Below, piece after piece: positions 8,177 to 16,502 of a DNA stretch of 48,090 nt. The notes under the pieces are model-generated. The model was given only the letters and a program-made list of their open reading frames with translations, was not told the origin of the DNA and did no database searches. How positions within the stretch are numbered: the first letter of the stretch is position 1; every line of letters begins with the position of its first letter. A program made the position numbers and the translations under genes. The DNA is taken from the NCBI GenBank assembly GCA_964576415.1, contig CAZNWX010000001.1:1-48090 (forward strand), read 5' to 3'. The stretch is from an uncultured Magnetovibrio sp. GTDB taxonomy: Bacteria > Pseudomonadota > Alphaproteobacteria > Rhodospirillales > Casp-alpha2.

Positions 8177-8833
8177 ATGATACAGGTAGGGCTAGACTTG
8201 AAGAGTAACGAATCCAAAATTACGCTTGGCGTCCTGAACGTTATCCATCAGAGCCCAGAGGTTACCCAACGCTCAGTTGCGAAGGAACTTGGCATTGCGT
8301 TAGGTTTGGCCAATTCCTACCTCAAGCGTTGTATCAAAAAGGGCCTCGTAAAGGTCCGCCACGCGCCAACTAATCGTTACGCCTACTATCTAACGCCTCA
8401 GGGTTTTGCGGAAAAGACGCGGCTTACCGCAGAATACCTCTCGCAAGGCTATCATTTCTTTCGCATTACCCAGACCCAATGTAGTGAAATTTTTCGGATA
8501 TGCGAACTTCGTGGCTGGAATCGGATCGCGCTTCATGGCCTAACGGATGTAGCTGAAATTGCAGTCCTTAGCGCGAACAAACATAAAATATTGATCACTG
8601 GCATCGTTGATGAAACGACTGCGCTACCCGCTTACAATGGCGCCCCGATCGTCCGCAAGCTTTGCGATCTGGATGATTTCGACGCTTTGGTCGTTTCTGA
8701 TATTGGCAACCCTCAAGCGCGCTATGATGAAATTCGGAAAAGCGTTCCAATTGAGCGTATTCTTGTGCCGGCGATCCTTGGTGTTAATACAAATCCAAAG
8801 CATGTAGACAGAATTTATAGAGGCGCTCAATGA
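8177..8833 (+). CDS. Winged helix-turn-helix (MarR-like, EPS-associated type) transcriptional regulator with an extra C-terminal domain
   Basis: 'ITLGVLNVIHQSPEVTQRSVAKELGIALGLANSYLKRCIKKGLVKV....RYAYYLTPQGFAEK' is a wHTH with wing. About 110 further residues follow ('RIALHGLTDVAEIAV...ALVVSD', Rossmann-like). Its stop overlaps the next start (ATGA). Confidence 0.8.
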   Translation: MIQVGLDLKSNESKITLGVLNVIHQSPEVTQRSVAKELGIALGLANSYLKRCIKKGLVKVRHAPTNRYAYYLTPQGFAEKTRLTAEYLSQGYHFFRITQTQCSEIFRICELRGWNRIALHGLTDVAEIAVLSANKHKILITGIVDETTALPAYNGAPIVRKLCDLDDFDALVVSDIGNPQARYDEIRKSVPIERILVPAILGVNTNPKHVDRIYRGAQ

Positions 8834-9333
8834 ACCCCTGGTGCGTCGTCCGTTCCCATGCGCACGCAGAGGCCAAGGCCTGCAACCATCTTCAGCGCCA
8901 AGGGTTCGCGGTTTACTATCCAAAATTCCTTCGGCGTCGATCCCATGCCCGCAAGGTTGACTGGATCCCCTCGCCACTGTTCCCGCGTTATCTCTTCGTC
9001 CAAATTGACTTTGAAAAATCGCGCTGGCTAAGCATTTACTCCACCATCGGCGTAGCTAATCTGATTTGCTTCGGTGACCGGCCGCAAAGTTTGCCCGGCG
9101 AAATCGTCGCCGAGCTCCGTGCCTGCGAAGATGACAAGGGCTACGTTAATTTGCACAAACGTCAAAGCATGGAGATCGGCGAAAATGTTCGCATTCTCCA
9201 TGGCTCGTTTACCGACCACATCGCTAAGCTAGAGGGTTTGGACGATAAAGGTCGCGTGACTTTGCTGCTTCAGTTAATGGGGCAAAGTGTACGCATGAAA
9301 ACTTCCCTGAATAATTTGGTCGCCGCCGAGTAA
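8830..9333 (+). CDS. NusG paralog, RfaH-like operon-specific transcription antiterminator
   Basis: 'MNPWCVVRSHAHAEAKACNHLQRQGF...PLFPRYLFVQ.....IGVANLICFGDRPQSLPGEIV...GENVRILHGSF...GRVTLLLQLMG' has the same order of conserved blocks as E. coli RfaH ('W..........A...L.RQ...PLFPNYLFVEFD...GV..FVRFG..P..VP...G..V.I..G.F.......R..LLL.L'). Confidence 0.85.
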   Translation: MNPWCVVRSHAHAEAKACNHLQRQGFAVYYPKFLRRRSHARKVDWIPSPLFPRYLFVQIDFEKSRWLSIYSTIGVANLICFGDRPQSLPGEIVAELRACEDDKGYVNLHKRQSMEIGENVRILHGSFTDHIAKLEGLDDKGRVTLLLQLMGQSVRMKTSLNNLVAAE

Positions 9334-9390
9334 TTTGTTTCAGGGAAGATGGGCCACCACTGCTATCTGGTGAAGGCGTTTCACCTGGAC

Positions 9391-9402
9391 TGCGGTAGCG
9401 TG
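9391..9402 (+). promoter_or_regulatory. ops-like (operon polarity suppressor) element TGCGGTAGCGTG
   Basis: Matches E. coli ops GGCGGTAGCGTG at 11 of 12 positions, on the coding (non-template) strand. It lies 57 nt after the stop of the RfaH-like gene and 30 nt before ATG 9433 of the first biosynthetic gene. Confidence 0.5.
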
Positions 9403-9432
9403 GAAAAATTTTGGCACTGTGAAAAACCCAGC

Positions 9433-10452
9433 ATGACTTCTGACCAAGACTTTTCCTGGCGGGGCAAACAGATTTTTGTGACCGGCGCGGATGGTTTCAT
9501 CGGCTCTCATCTATGCGAGGCGCTGGTTGCCGCTGGCGCTGACGTAACGGCTTTGGCGCTATACAACTCATTCGACCAGCTGGGATGGCTGGACGATATT
9601 GCTGACGACGCTCGTCGTGCCATGAGATTTGTTCGCGGTGACATCCGCGACGCCGCGCAGATGGCCGCGCTCTGCCGTGGCCAGGACTATGTGTTTCATC
9701 TGGCGGCGCTGATTGCCATTCCTTATTCCTACGACGCCCCGTCAAGCTATGTGCAGACCAATGTCCAGGGCACCTTGAACATTCTACGTGGTGCTCTTGA
9801 CGCTGGTGTAAGCGGCGTCATCCACACGTCAACCAGCGAAGTCTATGGAACTGCGCAATTCACTCCCATTACCGAAGATCACCCCTTGCAGGGTCAGTCG
9901 CCCTATTCTGCCTCAAAAATCGGTGCTGATATGATGGCAGAATCTTTTGCGCGCTCTTTTGAACTGCCGGTAATCACTATGCGACCGTTCAACACCTATG
10001 GTCCTCGCCAATCGGAGCGCGCGGTCATCAGTACGATCATTCGTCAAATCATCGACGATCGCTGCGACAGCATCCACATCGGGGACACCTCGCCAACACG
10101 TGATTTCAACTATGTGGGCGATACTGCCAATGCCTTCATGAAAATCGCTCCCTTGATCCCCAAGCATGCCGGCAGCGCATTCAACGCCGGTAGCGGCCGA
10201 ATGTTTTCCATCGGAGAGATGATTGAGATGGCCGTCAAGCTTACCGACTGCTCTAAGCCCATTGTAAAGGATTCGGCGCGAATTCGCCCGGCCAAAAGTG
10301 AAGTTCTAGCATTGATGGCGGATGCTTCGCGCTTCAATGCTCTTTCTGGTTGGGCGCCGCAGACGTCTTTGGAGTCGGGCCTGGAGCTTACGGTGGAGTG
10401 GTGGCGGCAACGAATTGACGCAATCCGCTCCGACGCTGGGTATATGGTATAG
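9433..10452 (+). CDS. NAD-dependent nucleotide-sugar 4,6-dehydratase (LegB/extended SDR type)
   Basis: 'KQIFVTGADGFIGSHLCEALV' Rossmann motif, 'TSTSEVYG', and the catalytic pair in 'YSASKIGADMM'. An in-frame ATG at 9349 would add 28 Cys/His-rich residues, and the start choice is uncertain. Confidence 0.85.
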   Translation: MTSDQDFSWRGKQIFVTGADGFIGSHLCEALVAAGADVTALALYNSFDQLGWLDDIADDARRAMRFVRGDIRDAAQMAALCRGQDYVFHLAALIAIPYSYDAPSSYVQTNVQGTLNILRGALDAGVSGVIHTSTSEVYGTAQFTPITEDHPLQGQSPYSASKIGADMMAESFARSFELPVITMRPFNTYGPRQSERAVISTIIRQIIDDRCDSIHIGDTSPTRDFNYVGDTANAFMKIAPLIPKHAGSAFNAGSGRMFSIGEMIEMAVKLTDCSKPIVKDSARIRPAKSEVLALMADASRFNALSGWAPQTSLESGLELTVEWWRQRIDAIRSDAGYMV

Positions 10453-10461
10453 AGCTGACAA

Positions 10462-11622
10462 ATGATACCGCTCGCCGTCCCCAATCTTTGTGGCAATGAG
10501 GCCCGTTATTTACAGGAGTGCATCGACACGACCTTTGTGTCGACCGTCGGCAAATTCGTCGGCCGATTCGAAGAGATTGTCGCCGCCGCCGCTGGAAGTA
10601 AGAGCGCCGTGGCCCTGGCGTCAGGGACCTGCGGCCTGCATATGGCTCTACGCGCTGTCGGTGTTTGCCGGGATAATTTGGTGGTAACCCCGGACTTTAC
10701 CTTCATCGCATCAGCCAATGCTGTTGCACATTGCGGCGCGGTGCCCTGGCTAATGGATGTCGACGTCGACACTTGGAGCCTCGATGCCGGGCTTTTGGCC
10801 AAAACCTTGCGTGCCGAGACCGAGCAGCGCGCCAACGGCCTTTTTCATCGCCCGAGCGGTCGACGCGTTGCCGCCATCTTGCCGGTTTACACACTTGGTT
10901 GCCCCGCCGACATGGACTCTATTGTCTCGCTCGCCGGTGAATTTGGCCTGCCGGTGGTTGCTGACGCGGCCGCGGCGCTTGGCGCAACCTACAAAGGGCG
11001 CCCCCCCGGCGTCATGGGCGCTAACCTCTCCGTTTTCTCGTTTAACGGCAATAAAACAGTCACTGCAGGCGGTGGTGGTATTGTCGCCGGCGACGATCTG
11101 GCACTTGTGGCCAAGGTCAAACATCTTTCCACAACCGCGAGGCAAGGCGAAGACTACGAGCACGACGAGATCGGTTTTAACTATCGCATGACTAATCTGC
11201 AGGCCGCCGTCGGCGTCGCGCAGATGGAAATGCTAGATCAAATGGTAGCGGCTAAGCGCCGCATCCGCGCCCGTTACGACGCGGTATTTCAGGGCCTGCA
11301 GGGCCTTCGCATTTTCCCTGACCCTGAGTGGGCGGAGAGCGCCTGCTGGTTTTCCGGCGTTGTGTTTGAGAACCCTAAGCCGGGCTTGCTAAAGGCGATT
11401 CGCGGCGAATTGCGTCATGTCGGTATCGACGCTAGGCCTTTTTGGCAACCCATACATCGCCAGCCACCCTTCGCCGATGCGCCGACAGAGTTGACGGGGG
11501 TAAGTGAATCTCTTAAAGATGCGATCCTGACTCTACCTTGTTCGACCGGCCTAAGCGAGATCGACCAGGAAACAGTCATCCGGTCGACTTTCGATATTTT
11601 AAATAAGTCGCTCCAGTCCTAG
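10462..11622 (+). CDS. DegT/DnrJ/EryC1/StrS-family PLP-dependent sugar aminotransferase (LegC/PglE-like)
   Basis: 'MIPLAVPNLCGNEARYLQECI', 'SGTCGLHMALRA', 'FSFNGNKTVTAGGGG' (PLP lysine) and 'GFNYRMTNLQAAVGVAQ'. Confidence 0.9.
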   Translation: MIPLAVPNLCGNEARYLQECIDTTFVSTVGKFVGRFEEIVAAAAGSKSAVALASGTCGLHMALRAVGVCRDNLVVTPDFTFIASANAVAHCGAVPWLMDVDVDTWSLDAGLLAKTLRAETEQRANGLFHRPSGRRVAAILPVYTLGCPADMDSIVSLAGEFGLPVVADAAAALGATYKGRPPGVMGANLSVFSFNGNKTVTAGGGGIVAGDDLALVAKVKHLSTTARQGEDYEHDEIGFNYRMTNLQAAVGVAQMEMLDQMVAAKRRIRARYDAVFQGLQGLRIFPDPEWAESACWFSGVVFENPKPGLLKAIRGELRHVGIDARPFWQPIHRQPPFADAPTELTGVSESLKDAILTLPCSTGLSEIDQETVIRSTFDILNKSLQS

Positions 11623-11632
11623 CGTCGAGCTC

Positions 11633-12685
11633 ATGGAAAATTGGAAACAAACCCTTTTGCCCGCTGAGACCACCGTCCGCGACGCAATGGAGCGCCTTGG
11701 TCAGTCTCGCAGTCATATCCTTTTGGTAGTTGATGAGAAACAACGGTTGCTGGGCACTGTAACAGATGGGGACATCCGTCGCGGCTTGCTGGGGGGCATG
11801 GCGCTGGAGACTTCTATCGCCCAGGTCATGAACCCATCGCCTATTATTGCCACTCCGGAAATTCCCGCTTCCGAACAACTTGTGATGCTGCGGAAGTTCA
11901 GCATTATGCAATTGCCTATTGTCGACTCAGACAACTGCGTATCCGCTCTCGTTGGCATCGACGACCTGGTTACAATTCCAGAAACACTGGAAAATCCAGT
12001 CGTTATAATGGCGGGCGGGCTGGGCACCCGCCTGCGACCAATGACCGAGGACACCCCCAAACCTTTGCTGCCTGTAGGGGGGCGCCCCATCCTGGAAACC
12101 ATCATCGAGCAATTGACGGGCCATGGCCTCACCCGCATTTTCCTCTCCGTCAACTACAAGTCGGAAATGGTGCGTAAACATTTTGGTGATGGCTCTAACT
12201 TCGGCGCTGACATCCGTTATTTGGAAGAAGAAGATAGTTTGGGCACGGCAGGCCCGCTGGGCTTAATCGAGGACGTAGGCGAAGCGCCGTTGTTGGTCAT
12301 GAACGGCGATCTGCTTACAAAATTGAACTTCAAGGCGCTGCTGTCCTATCACCGGGAACTGGAGAGCCAAGTCACCGTATGCGTCCGGGACTTTGACATG
12401 CAGGTGCCATTTGGTGTTATCGAACAAGACAATAATCGTGTGCGCGCTATTGTTGAAAAACCTATTCATAAATTCCTGGTGAATGCAGGCATCTACGTCG
12501 TCGAACCGCACGTCGTGCGCGAAGTGCCAAGGGGCCAACGCCTAGATATGCCGGACCTCCTGTGTCAACTGATGGACAATGACCAAGCTGTCGCCGCGTT
12601 CCCAGTACATGAATACTGGCTTGACGTCGGGCGCATCGAGGATATCAGCCGTGCTGCTTCTGAATTCAAAAGCATTTTCGAATAA
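11633..12685 (+). CDS. CBS-domain sugar-1-phosphate nucleotidyltransferase (PtmE-like, GlcNAc-1-P guanylyltransferase type)
   Basis: Tandem CBS region ('VRDAMERL...LLVVDEKQRLLGTVTDGDIRR', 'QLPIVDSDNCVSALVGIDDL') followed by the 'VVIMAGGLGTRLRPMTEDTPKPLLPVGGRPILE' nucleotidyltransferase signature. Confidence 0.9.
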   Translation: MENWKQTLLPAETTVRDAMERLGQSRSHILLVVDEKQRLLGTVTDGDIRRGLLGGMALETSIAQVMNPSPIIATPEIPASEQLVMLRKFSIMQLPIVDSDNCVSALVGIDDLVTIPETLENPVVIMAGGLGTRLRPMTEDTPKPLLPVGGRPILETIIEQLTGHGLTRIFLSVNYKSEMVRKHFGDGSNFGADIRYLEEEDSLGTAGPLGLIEDVGEAPLLVMNGDLLTKLNFKALLSYHRELESQVTVCVRDFDMQVPFGVIEQDNNRVRAIVEKPIHKFLVNAGIYVVEPHVVREVPRGQRLDMPDLLCQLMDNDQAVAAFPVHEYWLDVGRIEDISRAASEFKSIFE

Positions 12686-12725
12686 TGTCGGTTGTTAGCC
12701 GAAATTTTCGCTTAGAGAGGGTCTG

Positions 12726-13892
12726 ATGACGCGCCAAGTGGCGGTTCTCAGTGTTGGTCGTTCCGATTTTGGCCGTTATTTGCCTGTGCTGCGTGAACTA
12801 AAGAATAATCCAAGCATTGAACTTCGGCTGATTGCGTCAGGTGGACATTTCTCTTCTCGCTCAGGAAATACTATCCACGAAGTGGAAGAGTCCGGCTTCG
12901 ATTGGGAACCTGGCTTTGCCGAGGACCTTTTAGGCGATAGCCCTGAAGACGTGGGTCAAGCCATCGGCAGGGCGGCGATTTGCTTAAGCCAAGCCTTCGC
13001 CATCCGGCGACCGGATCTTTTGGTTGTGCTTGGCGATCGCTTTGAAATGCTGTCAGGAGCCAGCGCAGCGCTTGGTTTCAATATTCCGGTGTTTCATATT
13101 TATGGGGGCTCCGTCACAGAGGGCGCCATAGACGAGCTTGTCCGCCATGCCCTAACTAAAATGAGCCACCTGCACTTTGTTTCATGTGAGCCTTATGCTC
13201 AACGTGTACGCCAGATGGGCGAAGAGGACTGGAGGGTTCATATTACCGGCGCACCGGGGCTCGACGATTTGAAGGCTATCGGCTCTCTGCCGCTCGATGA
13301 GCTCTCACAGTTTGTTGGCCTGAACCTCGAAAGACCGACTATTTTAGTCTGCTACCATCCTGTAACCCTGGAGCCTGGACAGGCAGGCCCACAGATTTCC
13401 AACCTGCTTGCCGCCATTGAGGGCCTCGACTATCAGATAATCTTGACCTATCCGAACATTGACCCCGGACACGAACCTGTGATTGACGCCATTGAAGCCT
13501 TTGCCGCGCGTCATTCTTCCCGTTCTCGGCTAATCCGGAACGCCGGCACTAGACGGTTCACCAGCCTGTTGAACTCTGTCGATGCCCTAGTTGGAAATTC
13601 GTCCAGCGGTATTGTCGAAGCCGCGACCTTCGCGCTCCCGGTGGTCAACATCGGCACCCGCCAAGATGGAAAAATCCGCGCCGCCAACATCATCGATACG
13701 GCCTACCAAACAGAAGCGATCCGAGTAGGATTGGACAAAGCGTTGAAATCGGAATTTCGCGCCGGTCTGGCGGGACTGGTCAACCCGAATGGAGATGGCC
13801 AAGCCGGCCCGCGCATTGCGCGCCTAATTGCCACGCAGAGCCTTGACGAACGGCTGTTGCGAAAAAAATTCGTCGACAGGCCCTACCTGTAA
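12726..13892 (+). CDS. Hydrolysing NDP-N-acetylhexosamine 2-epimerase (NeuC/LegG family), copy 1
   Basis: 'VLGDRFEMLSGASAA', 'HIYGGSVTEGAIDELVRHALTKMSHLHF', 'VGNSSSGIVEA' and 'NIGTRQDGK'. Confidence 0.9.
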   Translation: MTRQVAVLSVGRSDFGRYLPVLRELKNNPSIELRLIASGGHFSSRSGNTIHEVEESGFDWEPGFAEDLLGDSPEDVGQAIGRAAICLSQAFAIRRPDLLVVLGDRFEMLSGASAALGFNIPVFHIYGGSVTEGAIDELVRHALTKMSHLHFVSCEPYAQRVRQMGEEDWRVHITGAPGLDDLKAIGSLPLDELSQFVGLNLERPTILVCYHPVTLEPGQAGPQISNLLAAIEGLDYQIILTYPNIDPGHEPVIDAIEAFAARHSSRSRLIRNAGTRRFTSLLNSVDALVGNSSSGIVEAATFALPVVNIGTRQDGKIRAANIIDTAYQTEAIRVGLDKALKSEFRAGLAGLVNPNGDGQAGPRIARLIATQSLDERLLRKKFVDRPYL

Positions 13893-13927
13893 TTGCCATC
13901 AAGGCCCAAGATATTCGGAACCCAGCC

Positions 13928-14878
13928 GTGCAAAACGAAGTGACAAACCCCTTTAAGCGCATGATCCCATTGCCGATTTCTGCCCAGTCGGTCTACGATA
14001 AATTGAGCGCCAGCGACGCCTGCCTTATCGGTGACCCCGAGACGATGGCAGAGTCGGTCGCCTACTTGACAGATGGCGTACCTGGCTCGCTGGCTTTCTG
14101 GGACAAACCGGGACTGGACCCGGTGCGCCAGTCCCGTGCTGCGATCGTTTTCATCGCTGAAGAGATAAAGCCTGCGCCAGGCCGCGCGTTCATTCTTGTT
14201 GATGATCCGCGATGGTATTTCATTGAGATTGTTTCAGAGATGTTTCATGATCACGAAAAAGGAGCGCACCCTAGCGTAATTGTAGGAACAAACGTCACGT
14301 TGCCGACTTCAGTAATCGTCGGCGCCAACACCTATATCGGCGATAACGTGACGATCGGTGAGAATTCGCGGATTGGCAACAACTGCATCATTCACTCCGA
14401 TACCGTTATTGGCAGCTATTCTTGGATCAAAGATGCATGCATGATTGGCTCACACGGTCTTTCCTTCCATCGTAGTGCCAATGGCGAACTGGCTCGGTTT
14501 CCGCATCTGGGAGCAACGATCATCGAAGACTACGTCGAGCTTGGCACCGGCAGTTGCGTGGTCCGCGGCATGCTCTCCAACACTGAAATCCGCGCCCGCA
14601 CAAAAATAGGCAATTTAGTTAACATTGGTCATGGCTGTATCATCAACGAAGACTGCTGGATTTCCGGCTCCGCCTCTATCGGCGGCCACGCCGTATTAGG
14701 CAAGCGGGTATCGCTTGCAATGTCGGTGACCGTCGCCAATAGCGTCACCATCGGCCCCGATTCCCGTGTCGGAATCGGGTCAGTGGTCACCAAAACAGTT
14801 CCTGCGGACTCGAAATTATTCGGATGCCCCGCGCAACCCCTTAGGACCCTGAAACCGTTCGGCCCAACGCCTCGATAA
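13928..14878 (+). CDS. LpxD-like left-handed beta-helix N-acyltransferase (candidate acyl-ACP-dependent amino-sugar N-acyltransferase)
   Basis: Has an LpxD-type N-terminal domain ('GSLAFWDKPG....AAIVFIAEE....FILVDDPRWYF') followed by hexapeptide repeats. 'GSHGLSFHRSANGELARFPHLGATIIEDYVELGTGSCVVRG....TEIRARTKIGNLVNIGHG' parallels E. coli LpxD 'GADGFGY...[24 protein letters not shown]...IDNQCQIAHN'. The start is GTG 13928 or ATG 13961. Confidence 0.8.
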   Translation: MQNEVTNPFKRMIPLPISAQSVYDKLSASDACLIGDPETMAESVAYLTDGVPGSLAFWDKPGLDPVRQSRAAIVFIAEEIKPAPGRAFILVDDPRWYFIEIVSEMFHDHEKGAHPSVIVGTNVTLPTSVIVGANTYIGDNVTIGENSRIGNNCIIHSDTVIGSYSWIKDACMIGSHGLSFHRSANGELARFPHLGATIIEDYVELGTGSCVVRGMLSNTEIRARTKIGNLVNIGHGCIINEDCWISGSASIGGHAVLGKRVSLAMSVTVANSVTIGPDSRVGIGSVVTKTVPADSKLFGCPAQPLRTLKPFGPTPR

Positions 14879-15008
14879 ATTTATGCGGACTTTACTCGGG
14901 TATTACGACTTGAATAATCTATCTGAAGCCTTAATTACCGAGTGAGCGGCGGTTTTATCAACGGCTGTTGGCCGATCTCACAAGCACTTGCCTCTGAAAG
15001 GACCCGTC

Positions 15009-16355
15009 ATGAACGTTATCCGGCCCAAAGACAGGAACCTGATTTTCTTGGTGCACCCCGGCCACATTGCCGATGAAGAACCCTACATGCCTTACGAGTG
15101 CCTATGGCTAGCTCGCTTCCTGCTTAACAACGGCTACGAAGTCCAGATCATAGACCAGCGGCTCGAGGAACATTGGCAACAACGTATCTCAGACCGCAAA
15201 GATGAAGTGCTCTGGGTGGGTGTGACAATCATAACTGGGCCGCAAATCAAGTATGCGTTGGACACAGCTAAATTTGTTCGGTCAATCCCTCGCAACATTC
15301 CGATGGTTTGGGGCGGCTGGCACGCTACTTTCGTGGCGGGGAACACGGTCATCCATCCCCTTGTTGACTATGTCGTTGCGGGTATTGCCGAATTAAAAGT
15401 CGTCGAATTGACCGAGTATATTCGCGGAGGTGAGGTTGGCCCGCCCCCGACGACGCCTGGCATCCTGCATAAGCAAGGGAACCTGGACTATCAGGTGAAC
15501 AAAGAAGTTTATGTCGAGTCCGATTCGCTCCCTGCTTACCATCTGATAGATATCGACGCCTACCGTTCAGAAAATAACGTTGCGGGCATGATTACTTCGC
15601 GAGGCTGTCCGTTCCGCTGTAATTACTGCGTGATCCAGCAGATTCGGTTTTCTAACCGGGCGATAGACTCCGTAGTCGATGAAATAGAGTTCCTGGTTGG
15701 CGACAACGGCTTTGAAGTTATTCGCTTTGCGGATGGCCTATTTTTCGCACAAAGAGCGCGTGTGGAGAAGATTATCGGCGAGTGTCAAAAGCGTGGTTTA
15801 AAATTTAAATGGCAATCGAACGTTCGTCCAGAAACCTTCCGTCGTTGGAGCCAGGAAGGCATGGAGTGGTTGGTTGAGTCAGGTCTTGATTACGTGGCTT
15901 CGGGTGTAGAATCCGGTTCTGAATTTATGTTACAGCGTATTCAGAAGGACGCCACTGTCGACGATATTTATTTCACGACCGAAATTACCGAAAAATACGG
16001 TATTGGTCTGACCCTGAACTTTCTAAGCGGTCTGCCGCATGAAACAATTGATGATCTCAAATTCACCGCCGAAGTGATTGAGAAGTTGACGACGATGCAC
16101 TCACGGCTGCGCATTATTAATCCGCTGTACCGTCCGTTCCCAGGTGCGCCGACTTATAATGAAATGCTTAAGCTCGGCTGGACCCCGCCGCAGAGCCTAG
16201 AAGAATGGGCGGAAACCACCCAATGGAATATGGGGATTGAGAAAGTGGATCCCTTCCCTTGGATGGAAAAGAACGAATTTGACGAATATGTCAACTACTT
16301 CACCACCTCCGCGTTGGGCCGTGAACGCGAACCCGTGTTGCTAGAACGTCAGTAA
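15009..16355 (+). CDS. B12-binding-domain (class B) radical SAM enzyme
   Basis: N-terminal cobalamin-binding-like domain ('LIFLVHPG....YEVQIIDQRL....WVGVTIITGPQI') and the 'SRGCPFRCNYCVIQ' CxxxCxxC cluster motif. ATG 15009 is preceded by AAGGA. Confidence 0.85.
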   Translation: MNVIRPKDRNLIFLVHPGHIADEEPYMPYECLWLARFLLNNGYEVQIIDQRLEEHWQQRISDRKDEVLWVGVTIITGPQIKYALDTAKFVRSIPRNIPMVWGGWHATFVAGNTVIHPLVDYVVAGIAELKVVELTEYIRGGEVGPPPTTPGILHKQGNLDYQVNKEVYVESDSLPAYHLIDIDAYRSENNVAGMITSRGCPFRCNYCVIQQIRFSNRAIDSVVDEIEFLVGDNGFEVIRFADGLFFAQRARVEKIIGECQKRGLKFKWQSNVRPETFRRWSQEGMEWLVESGLDYVASGVESGSEFMLQRIQKDATVDDIYFTTEITEKYGIGLTLNFLSGLPHETIDDLKFTAEVIEKLTTMHSRLRIINPLYRPFPGAPTYNEMLKLGWTPPQSLEEWAETTQWNMGIEKVDPFPWMEKNEFDEYVNYFTTSALGREREPVLLERQ

Positions 16356-16502
16356 CATCGGCCGCTAGACACCAGCCCTCGAGTCAGGGTTTACTGATCT
16401 CTCTGCACCGCGATCGGCTGTCTTATTGCGCCACCGACTTATTTCGCCCGCCGAAGTGGTTTTCCACCAGACCGCGCTGATCTTCTCGCTTTAAAAATAG
16501 AC

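Noticed and set aside
9349-9432. In-frame 28-codon N-terminal extension of the dehydratase (MGHHCYLVKAFHLDCGSVEKFWHCEKPS) starting at ATG 9349
   Set aside because: Homologous SDR dehydratases start about 10-15 residues before the GxxGxxG motif, which fits ATG 9433. The extension has an odd Cys/His-rich composition and would bury the ops-like motif in coding sequence. I cannot exclude it, because neither start has a good Shine-Dalgarno sequence.
14879-15008. Cobalamin riboswitch upstream of the B12-dependent radical SAM genes (also checked at 27747..27846)
   Set aside because: I could not find a B12-box-like conserved core or the extensive pairing expected. Only a 6-bp stem (ACTCGG/CCGAGT) with a ~34-nt loop is present. 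A covariance-model scan would be needed to be certain.
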